64,000 bases of DNA from positions 89,737 to 153,736 of the forward strand of contig CANPVD010000053.1 in NCBI GenBank assembly GCA_947581615.1. The letters are read 5' to 3'. The notes under the pieces were generated by a model. It had not been told where the DNA came from, ran no database searches, and was given only the letters and a program-made list of their open reading frames with translations. Positions 8,884 to 16,512 of the stretch are shown here, piece by piece. The DNA comes from Candidatus Humimonas hydrogenitrophica. Lineage in GTDB: Bacteria; Gemmatimonadota; Gemmatimonadetes; Palauibacterales; Palauibacteraceae. Both the position numbers and the translations under genes were made by a program. Every line of letters starts with the position of its first letter. Positions within the stretch are counted from its first letter, which is position 1.

Positions 8884-9731
8884 GCAGGCGGGCGATGGAC
8901 GCCGCGGGCCGAGGCGCGGGCCCGTACATCCGGCGCTTCACCGGCTTCCAGCGGACCCTTCACGTCATGGTGATCGTGTCCTTCCTGGGGCTGGTCGCCA
9001 CCGGGCTGCCGCTGCGCTTCGCGGCCGCGCCCTGGGCCCGCGGGGTGATGGACCTGTTCGGGGGCCCGGTGGCCGCGGGCCTGATTCACCGCATGTGCGC
9101 GATCATCACCTTCGGCTACTTCTTCGCGCACGTCATCCAGATCACCTACCGGATGCTGAGAGTCGAGGGACCGAAGAAGCTGCTGTGGGGGCCGGACTCC
9201 ATGGTCCCCCAGCCCAGGGACATCCGCGACCTCATCCAGATGTTCAAGTGGTTCTTCGGGAAGGCACCGCACCCGGAGTTCGAGCGGTTCAGCTACATGG
9301 AGAAGTTCGACTACTGGGCGGTGTTCTGGGGAGTGGCCATCATCGGGACCTCGGGGCTCTTCCTGTGGTTCCCGACCTTCTTCGCGCACTTCATGCCGGG
9401 GTGGGTGTTCAACATCGCGACCATCGTGCACGGCGACGAGGCCCTGCTGGCCACGTCGTTCATCTTCACGATCCACTTCTTCAACGTGCACCTGCGGCCG
9501 GAAAAGTTCCCGATCGACACCGTGATCTTCACGGGCCGGGCCACCACGGAGTACATGCAGGAGGAGCACGGCCTCGAGTACGAGCGGCTCCGGCGCGACG
9601 GCCGGGTCGAGGAGCGGGTGGTGCCGTCGGCCTCGCGCGCGGCCTACCTGTGGTCGGTGACGGTGGGCTTCATCGCCGTCGGGATCGGTACGATGCTCAT
9701 CGTCCTCGTCCTGTGGGCTCTCCTGGCATGA
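8880..9731 (+). CDS. Di-heme cytochrome b (FdnI/HydC family), resembling the b-domain of CbcL
   Basis: RRFTGFQRTLH, GPDSMVPQPRD, RFSYMEKFDYWAVFWG, HGDEALLA..HFFNVHLRPEKFP; ATGA overlap with the upstream gene. Confidence 0.9.
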   Translation: MSRRAMDAAGRGAGPYIRRFTGFQRTLHVMVIVSFLGLVATGLPLRFAAAPWARGVMDLFGGPVAAGLIHRMCAIITFGYFFAHVIQITYRMLRVEGPKKLLWGPDSMVPQPRDIRDLIQMFKWFFGKAPHPEFERFSYMEKFDYWAVFWGVAIIGTSGLFLWFPTFFAHFMPGWVFNIATIVHGDEALLATSFIFTIHFFNVHLRPEKFPIDTVIFTGRATTEYMQEEHGLEYERLRRDGRVEERVVPSASRAAYLWSVTVGFIAVGIGTMLIVLVLWALLA

Positions 9732-9735
9732 TGCA

Positions 9736-11520
9736 GTGCGACGCCCCGACGTAGTCCTCGTCCACCCTCCCAGCGTCTACGACTTCCGTCGCAGGGCGAT
9801 CTTCTACGGCCCGATCAGCGACGTGATACCGTCGTCGACGGTGTTCGAGATGTACCCCATCGGCTTCGCGACCCTGGCGGCCTTCCTCCGGCGCCACGGG
9901 CGGCGCGTGCGCATCGTGAACCTCGCCCTGCGCATGATGCGGAGCCGGCGCTTCCGGCCCGAGCGCTACCTGCGGCGACTCGAGCCCCGGCTGTTCGGCA
10001 TCGACCTCCACTGGCTGCCCCACGCGCACGGCGGTCACGAGGTCGCGGCCCTCCTCAAGCGGCTGCACCCCGACATTCCGATCGTGTTCGGCGGTATCTC
10101 GGCCAGCTACTTCCACGAGGAGCTCATCCGCGACCCTTCCGTGGACTTCGTCCTGCGCGGCAGCGTCACGGAGCCCTGCCTCCTGGAGCTCGTCCGGGAG
10201 CTGGAGGGAGATCGCCGATTCGAGCGGGTCCCGAACCTCACCTGGAAGCAGGACGACCGGGTGAGAGTCAATCCGGCCTCCTTCGTGCCCCTGTCCTTCG
10301 ACGATCTCGACTACGATCTGGGCTACATGATCGGGCAGGTGGTGGGGCGCCTGGACTTCTGGACGAACGTCCCGTTCCACGCCTGGTGGCGGCACCCGAT
10401 CACCGCCGTGTTCACCGTGCGCGGCTGCGGAAGGGGCTGCGTGACCTGCGGCGCCTCGGAGGAAGCCTTCCGCGGCTTCATGCCCGGCATGCATCCCCTC
10501 CTGAGGAGCCCCGCGTCCATCGCCCGCCAGGTCCGGGACCTGGCCGAGCTCACGCGCGCCCCGATCTTCCTGGTGGGGGACATCAACGACGGCGGGCCCA
10601 AGTACGCCGAGGCCGTCGTCGAGGCCCTGAGAGCCACCGGCGTCTCCAACCGACTCGTGTTCGAGTTCTTCCGCCCCCCGCCGGGGGCGTTCGTGGCGCA
10701 CGTCGAAGCCTGCCTGCCGCATTGGGGCGCCGAGCTCTCACCGGAGAGCCACCACGAGGAGATACGGGCGAGGCTGGGCAAGGCCTCCTACACCAACGCG
10801 GAGCTGGAAGAGGGGATCGAGACGATCCTGGGGGGACGCTGCGAGCAGCTCGACCTGTTCTACATGATCGGGCTCCCGGGACAATCCTACCGCCACGTCA
10901 TGACCACCGTGGATGCCATCGAGGCGATCTTCCGACGCCTGGACGCGCGCGTGTCCGCCTTCATCACGCCCATGGGCCCGTTCATCGATCCGGGGAGCGT
11001 CGGCTTCGAGCACCCCGAAGCCACCGGCTACCGGCTGCGCGCCCACACCCTGGCCGAGCACCGGGCGCTCCTCGAGCAGGGGGACTGGGAGTCGATCCTC
11101 AACTACGACACCGACGCCATGACCCGGACGGAGATCGTGGACGCCACCTACGACGCCGCCGAGCGCCTCAACGACCTCAAGCTGCGCTACGGACGGATCG
11201 AGCCCGCCCGCGCCGCCGGCGTGGCCCGGCGCCTGACGGAGGCGCGTGCGCTCCGCCGCCGCATCCGGGAGGCGCAGGGCCGGCTCGACCCGGAGGCCCG
11301 GCTCGCGTTGCTGGGAGAGATCCGGGCCTACTCGGAGTCCACCGTCAACGACAAGGCCGAGCTGTTTCCGCCGGGAGCCTTCCTGCGAAACTTCCGCCTG
11401 GGCGGGATCCTGCGGCTCCTGGCGAGAGATGTCCTGCGCCGCGGAACTCGCCGACCCGAAACTCGCCGACTCGGGTCCGCCCTCCAGGACGCCCCGGCCG
11501 AGACCGCCTCCACGCCCTGA
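9736..11520 (+). CDS. B12-binding domain radical SAM protein (TIGR04190-like)
   Basis: HPPSVYDFR..YGPISDVIPS..FEMYPIGF N-terminus; GIDLHWLPH; RGCGRGCVTC (CxxxCxxC). Confidence 0.85.
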   Translation: MRRPDVVLVHPPSVYDFRRRAIFYGPISDVIPSSTVFEMYPIGFATLAAFLRRHGRRVRIVNLALRMMRSRRFRPERYLRRLEPRLFGIDLHWLPHAHGGHEVAALLKRLHPDIPIVFGGISASYFHEELIRDPSVDFVLRGSVTEPCLLELVRELEGDRRFERVPNLTWKQDDRVRVNPASFVPLSFDDLDYDLGYMIGQVVGRLDFWTNVPFHAWWRHPITAVFTVRGCGRGCVTCGASEEAFRGFMPGMHPLLRSPASIARQVRDLAELTRAPIFLVGDINDGGPKYAEAVVEALRATGVSNRLVFEFFRPPPGAFVAHVEACLPHWGAELSPESHHEEIRARLGKASYTNAELEEGIETILGGRCEQLDLFYMIGLPGQSYRHVMTTVDAIEAIFRRLDARVSAFITPMGPFIDPGSVGFEHPEATGYRLRAHTLAEHRALLEQGDWESILNYDTDAMTRTEIVDATYDAAERLNDLKLRYGRIEPARAAGVARRLTEARALRRRIREAQGRLDPEARLALLGEIRAYSESTVNDKAELFPPGAFLRNFRLGGILRLLARDVLRRGTRRPETRRLGSALQDAPAETASTP

Positions 11521-11555
11521 ACCCCGGTGCGGGGGCCCGCACGGCCCCTACGGAC

Positions 11556-12023
11556 TCAGGTGGAGTCGTGACGGGGCGTGGCGCCCGTCGTGCCCTGGGA
11601 CATCCCCGGATGCGCCATCCCCGCCGGCGGCATCATGCCCGCGTGCGGCACGTTGTGGGCGCCCGCGGCCTGACCCATGCTCCCCAGGTGGGCCCTGGCG
11701 GAGTCGGCGGCCGCGGTGTGGCCGAGGGCGGTCTCCGCCATGTACATGCCGAACCAGGCCGCCGTGAACTCCGGGGCCATGTTCGCCGCCTGCCGATAGT
11801 GGCCCAGGGCCTTGTCGTAGTCCTTGGCCCGGTAGGCCGTGTTGCCGCTGTCCAGCTGCGCGCTCACGGCGGGCGGGACCTCGGCGCGGGACATGCGCGC
11901 TCCCGTGTCCGCGGCGCTGCTCGACGCGGCGGCGCTGCCCTGCCCCCCGGCTCCGCCGCCGCCGCAGCCGACCACGGCCAGGCCGACCGCCAGGAGAACC
12001 GCCGATGCGTGTATGTTCCTCAT
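11556..12023 (-). CDS. TPR-repeat lipoprotein
   Basis: Lipobox LAVVGC; TPR pattern GNTAYRAKDYDKALGHYRQAANMAP. Confidence 0.75.
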   Translation of the reverse strand: MRNIHASAVLLAVGLAVVGCGGGGAGGQGSAAASSSAADTGARMSRAEVPPAVSAQLDSGNTAYRAKDYDKALGHYRQAANMAPEFTAAWFGMYMAETALGHTAAADSARAHLGSMGQAAGAHNVPHAGMMPPAGMAHPGMSQGTTGATPRHDST

Positions 12024-13165
12024 TGCCCTCTCCCCGGATGTTCGATCCAGTCCGCTACGAAGATGTTCGTCTCGCCCGGCAGGGCGCCGCGCCGGTTGGA
12101 CTCGAACACGAGCCTGCGGCCGTCGCGTGAGAACATGGGAAATCCGTCGAAATCGGAATGCGTGGTCACCCGTTCCAGGCCGCTACCGTCCACTCCGATG
12201 AGGTACAGGTCGAAATCCCTCGAGGAGGGATCTCGCATATTGGAAGCAAAGATGATCCTTCGTCCGTCCGGATGAAAGTAGGGTGCGAAGTTCGCGGCTC
12301 CGTTGTGGGTGAGCTGGCGCTTGCCCGAGCCGTCCGCGTGCATCACCCATAGCTCCATGACGGAGGGACGCACCAGCCCACGCTTCAGGAGGTCCCTGTA
12401 GCCCGCCTCCTCCCTCGGCGTCGCCGGGTGGTAAGCCCGGTAGACGATGAGACGCCCATCCGGCGAGAAGAAGGGGCCCCCGTCGTAGCCGACCTCGTGG
12501 GTGAGCCGCCGCACGTTCCCCCCATCGGGGTCCATCGTGTAGATTTCGAGGTCGCCATCGCGCATGGACGTGAACACGATCCGGTTGCCGTCCTCGGAGA
12601 TCGTGGCCTCGGCGTCGTAGCCGGGCGTGTCGGTCAGGCGGCGTAATCCCGATCCGTCCGGATCGGCCGTGAAGATGTCATAGTCGTACAGCGGCCAGAC
12701 GTAGCCCTGACCGTAGTCGGGTCGGGGCGGGCACGCCGGCGCCGCCAGGTGCGTCGAGCTGTACAGGATCCGGCTTCCATCGGGGAAGAAGTAGGCGCAG
12801 GTCGTCCGTCCGCTCCCCGTCGACACGCGGCGACGGCCCCCACCATCCACGTCCATGATGTAGATCTGGTCGCACCCGGCGCCGCGGGGCGTGGCCTGGA
12901 AGATCAACCGGCGGTCGTCCGCCGAGAAGTACGCCTCCGCGTTCTGACCCTCGAAGGTGAGCATGCGGAGGTTGCGCAGGTGACGCTCGCCTGGCTCCGG
13001 CGCCACGAACACGGGCGCGGCGGTGTCGGAAAGTACGGTGCCCGCTTCGGCCGCCGCGGCGAGCGTCGGAGCCGGCGACAGCGGTGACAGGGCGGCGAGG
13101 ACGACCGTCCACGTTCCGACCCGAGCCGACCCTCGAATTCTCTTCGACCTGGAGTGTAGAGCCAT
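12020..13165 (-). CDS. TolB-like PD40-repeat beta-propeller protein
   Basis: NAEAYFS, YDAEATIS.DG, YDGGPFFSPDG, NFAPYFHPDG, FDGFPMFSRDG repeats; signal-like N-terminus; exact start uncertain. Confidence 0.85.
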   Translation of the reverse strand: MALHSRSKRIRGSARVGTWTVVLAALSPLSPAPTLAAAAEAGTVLSDTAAPVFVAPEPGERHLRNLRMLTFEGQNAEAYFSADDRRLIFQATPRGAGCDQIYIMDVDGGGRRRVSTGSGRTTCAYFFPDGSRILYSSTHLAAPACPPRPDYGQGYVWPLYDYDIFTADPDGSGLRRLTDTPGYDAEATISEDGNRIVFTSMRDGDLEIYTMDPDGGNVRRLTHEVGYDGGPFFSPDGRLIVYRAYHPATPREEAGYRDLLKRGLVRPSVMELWVMHADGSGKRQLTHNGAANFAPYFHPDGRRIIFASNMRDPSSRDFDLYLIGVDGSGLERVTTHSDFDGFPMFSRDGRRLVFESNRRGALPGETNIFVADWIEHPGRGQ

Positions 13166-14495
13166 GTCTTATCCGGTGGTGGAGGGATCCCGACTTCACG
13201 TGAGCCGGCTCGGCTCGGCCGCGCCGCTGGTCGTGGCCCTGGTCTTCGCTCCGCTGGCGAGCCTGGCGGGCCAGGCCGCGTGCCCGGCGCCCGCCGGTCT
13301 CACGGGCGGCGCGTCCCAGCCCGAGGCCACCGTCCGCTACCTGGCGGACGACGCGCTCGAGGGACGGCTGGCCGGCTCGCCCGGGGCCCACTGTGCCGCC
13401 CTTTACGTGGCCGACCGGTTCCGCGAGGCGGGACTGGAGCCGGGCGGCACGGGCGGCTACCTGCAGACCGTTCCTCTGGCCAGCGCCGTCAACCCTCACG
13501 CGCCCGGCGGCACGGGCGTCAACGTCGTCGGAGTGCTGCCCGGCTCGGATCCAGCGCTGGCGGGCCAGGCCATCGTGATCGGCGCCCACCTGGACCACCT
13601 GGGCCGCGGGCCCTTCGGCTCCCTCTCCCCGGAGCGTGCCGGCGAGATTCACAACGGGGCCGACGACAACGCCTCGGGCGTGGCCGCCCTGGTCCTCGTG
13701 GCCCGCCGGCTGGCCGCCGGGCCCCACCCGGGGCGAACCGTCGTGTTCGTCGCCTTCACGGGCGAGGAGATCGGCCTGCTCGGCTCCTCCTTCTACGTCC
13801 AGCACCCGAGCGTGCCGCTGGACTCGACCGTGGCCATGCTCAATATGGACATGGTCGGGCGCCTGGGCCACGACCGGCTCATCGTCTACGGCGTCGGCAC
13901 CAGCCCGCAGTGGTCCGACCTGGTCGCGGACGCGGACCTGAGTCCGGGCCTGGAGCTCGCCTACCAGCAGGCCGGGTTCGGGCCGAGCGACCACACGTCC
14001 TTCTACGGGAAGGGCGTCCCCGTCCTCCACTTCTTCACCAATCTCCACCAGGACTACCATCGCCCCTCGGACGACTGGCAGCAGATCGACTTTCCGGGCA
14101 TCATCCGGGTCGCAGAGCTCGTGGCCGGAATCGCGAGTCGGGTGGCCGACCGACCGGAGCGCCTGACGGTCGTCCAGGGGGTCGGCCATCGACCCGAAGC
14201 GGGCGAGGGCGGAGGGTATGGCGCCTACCTGGGCACGGTGCCTGATTTCACCTTCACGGAGCCGGGAGTACGCCTGGGCGGCGTCACGGGCGGCTCGCCG
14301 GCCGACCGGGCCGGTCTCCGCACCGGTGACGTCATGATCGGCTTCGGGGACGGCGAGATCTCGGACCTGTACGCGCTGACCGCCGCCCTCCGGTCGCACG
14401 CCCCGGGCGACACGGTGGCCATCACGGTCCTGCGTGACGGCACGGAGGTCCGCGTCACGGCCGTGCTCGGGGACCGGGCCCGGGACCGTCAGTAG
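13164..14495 (+). CDS. M28 family metallopeptidase with C-terminal PDZ domain
   Basis: GAHLDHLG, NGADDNASG, FTGEEIGLLGS, NMDMVG, GPSDHTSF, DYHRPSD; PDZ YLGTVPD..GSPADRAGL; alternative GTG start at 13200. Confidence 0.9.
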   Translation: MSYPVVEGSRLHVSRLGSAAPLVVALVFAPLASLAGQAACPAPAGLTGGASQPEATVRYLADDALEGRLAGSPGAHCAALYVADRFREAGLEPGGTGGYLQTVPLASAVNPHAPGGTGVNVVGVLPGSDPALAGQAIVIGAHLDHLGRGPFGSLSPERAGEIHNGADDNASGVAALVLVARRLAAGPHPGRTVVFVAFTGEEIGLLGSSFYVQHPSVPLDSTVAMLNMDMVGRLGHDRLIVYGVGTSPQWSDLVADADLSPGLELAYQQAGFGPSDHTSFYGKGVPVLHFFTNLHQDYHRPSDDWQQIDFPGIIRVAELVAGIASRVADRPERLTVVQGVGHRPEAGEGGGYGAYLGTVPDFTFTEPGVRLGGVTGGSPADRAGLRTGDVMIGFGDGEISDLYALTAALRSHAPGDTVAITVLRDGTEVRVTAVLGDRARDRQ

Positions 14496-14638
14496 CGGAG
14501 CCCGGCCGGAGCGAGGCCGACCCTTTCACGCCGGCCGCACTCCGTTGGTCCTAACCGAGAACGAGGGAGCGGCGGCGGAGGCGGCGAAACCGCAACGGAT
14601 CCACGGAGACCGGAGATGCACGAAGGCATGATCGAGGC

Positions 14639-15223
14639 ATGGACGGGTCCGGGACGGCCCCACCCGCATCCGTGAGCGGGAGGGGCGCGGTCCGGATCCG
14701 GGACGCGTCCGTCGCGGCCTGGGTGGAGAAGCACGGAGCCGAGCTGCGCCGGCACGTGGAGCGACTGCTCCCGGGGCCGGACGCCGCGGACGATGTGCTC
14801 CAGACCGTGTGGATCACGGCGCACCGCAAGCCTCCCGAGGCACGCGAGGGACCGGCGCTTCGAGCCTGGCTGTACCGGGTCGCCACCCATGCCGCCCTCG
14901 ACCGCCTGGGCTCCGAGCGTCGACGGAGGCGCGCGCTGGAGGGCCGGGCCCTGTTCGTGGCCCCGGAGGCGCGTCCGGCGCCCGACGCGGCCCTGGAAGG
15001 CCTGGGTGAGGGAGCCCGCCTCCGGGTCCGGGAGCACGTGGCCGCGCTGCCCCCGAAGCAGCGGCAGGCCGTATGGATGCGGTGGGCCGAGGGCCGCAGC
15101 TACGCCGACATCGCCGCGCGGCTCGGGTGCTCCGAGGAGAGCGCCCGCGGCAACGTCTACCAGGGGATGAAGCGGCTCCGGTCGGAGCTGTTCGGATTGT
15201 GGCAGGAGGAGGCGGGAGCATGA
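14639..15223 (+). CDS. ECF RNA polymerase sigma-70 factor
   Basis: Region 2 (ADDVLQTVW, LRAWLYRVATHAALD) and region 4 (LPPKQRQAV..GRSYADIAARLG). Confidence 0.9.
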   Translation: MDGSGTAPPASVSGRGAVRIRDASVAAWVEKHGAELRRHVERLLPGPDAADDVLQTVWITAHRKPPEAREGPALRAWLYRVATHAALDRLGSERRRRRALEGRALFVAPEARPAPDAALEGLGEGARLRVREHVAALPPKQRQAVWMRWAEGRSYADIAARLGCSEESARGNVYQGMKRLRSELFGLWQEEAGA

Positions 15224-15924
15224 GCGGACAGCCCTGCTGGGTTTCGGAGGAGGGCCTCGTGGCCTTCGTGGCCGGCGAGCTCGAGCCCGAGGCCGAGGTG
15301 GCGGTGGCCCGTCACCTGGCCGAGTGCGATGCCTGCCGGGAAGAGGCGGTGCAGTTCCGGCTGCTCGGAGCGGCGATGGCGGAGGAGGCGGGCGCCGAGG
15401 CGGTGCGCTGGCACGCCTTCTCGAGCCCGTTCGGACGCATGTACGTGGCGGCCACCCCGGGGGGACTGGTCCGGGTATCCTGGCAGCAGCCCGGGGACGA
15501 CGCCTTCGAGGCCGAGCTCCACGACCTGCTGCCGGGCCGGCCGGTCCTGCACGATCCGACCGATGAGGTCCTGCTCGAGACGGAGCGTCAACTGACCCAG
15601 TACTTCGCCGGCGAGCGGGAGTCCTTCGACCTCCCCGTGGACCTCGAGACCCTCCCCACCTTCTCGCGGAGGGTTCTCGAGGCGCTGCGGGAGGTCGAGT
15701 TCGGTAAGGTGGTGGCCTACTCGGACCTGGCCCGCCGGATCGGACGGCCCCGGGCGTCGAGGGCCGTGGGCAATGCCCTGGGACGGAACCCGGTGGCGAT
15801 CGTCGTGCCCTGTCACCGGGTCGTGCGTCAGGACGGGTCGCTGGGTGGCTACGGCGGCGGGGTGGAGTACAAGGAGCGCCTGCTGGCGGTCGAGGGTCGC
15901 CAGGACCTGCTCCGGGCGGGCTGA
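15220..15924 (+). CDS. ogt: zf-HC2 (ZAS) anti-sigma domain fused to methylated-DNA--protein-cysteine methyltransferase
   Basis: N-terminal C..x25..HLAECDAC; C-terminal RAVGNALGRNPVAIVVPCHRVVRQDGSLGGYGGG; ATGA overlap with the sigma gene. Confidence 0.9.
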   Translation: MSGQPCWVSEEGLVAFVAGELEPEAEVAVARHLAECDACREEAVQFRLLGAAMAEEAGAEAVRWHAFSSPFGRMYVAATPGGLVRVSWQQPGDDAFEAELHDLLPGRPVLHDPTDEVLLETERQLTQYFAGERESFDLPVDLETLPTFSRRVLEALREVEFGKVVAYSDLARRIGRPRASRAVGNALGRNPVAIVVPCHRVVRQDGSLGGYGGGVEYKERLLAVEGRQDLLRAG

Positions 15925-15951
15925 AGCGCCGAGGGGGCCGTGGCTCGGTGG

Positions 15952-16512
15952 TCAGGCCGCCGTCGCGCCAGGGACGAGCCGCACCCCGGCCGCCAGGGCG
16001 TCGTCGAAGGCGATCTCGGCCTGGTCGACCCGGACGATCCACGCCGGATAGCGCTGGACGACCTCCACCGAGACGCCCGGGAGCACGCCCAGACTGGCCA
16101 GCGCGCGGCCCTCGGGACTGCGGGGCTCCTCGAGACCCGCCACGGTCGCGCGGTCTCCCGGCTCGAGATCGAGGAGGGTGACGCGCGCGGTCCCGGGCGC
16201 CGAACCCAGAGACGCTGGTCCGGTCGACCCTGCACGGCGGCCCGCGCCGAGTCCGTTCAGGATGCGGCGCAGGAAGCCGCCACCCTTCCCGTGGGCCCGC
16301 ACCCTGCCCCGCTCCATCCAGGCCGGCTCGACCGGGTTCTCGTAGCCGCAGTGCGGACAGCGGACGTACCGGCAGGCTCGCGCCAGCGGGCACCCTACAC
16401 AGGCTGGCTGCCCCCGATCCTCCCGGAAGCTGCGAGCACACAGGCCGCATTCGACCTCGCGACTCGCCCGACCGGAAGCCACGGCCGCTGAAGCCGGCGA
16501 CGGGGCGCTCAC
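15952..16512 (-). CDS. feoA: FeoA-domain protein with a 7-Cys N-terminal domain
   Basis: GTG start overlapping the feoB stop; CGLC..CVGCPLARAC..CPHC; FeoA-like LLDLEPGDRATV..LASLGVLPGVSVEVVQRYP. Confidence 0.8.
   Translation of the reverse strand: MSAPSPASAAVASGRASREVECGLCARSFREDRGQPACVGCPLARACRYVRCPHCGYENPVEPAWMERGRVRAHGKGGGFLRRILNGLGAGRRAGSTGPASLGSAPGTARVTLLDLEPGDRATVAGLEEPRSPEGRALASLGVLPGVSVEVVQRYPAWIVRVDQAEIAFDDALAAGVRLVPGATAA

Noticed and set aside
14496..14638. Possible autoregulatory ECF promoter (GCAAC...CGAA)
   Set aside because: Spacing is not convincing and it cannot be supported without comparative data.
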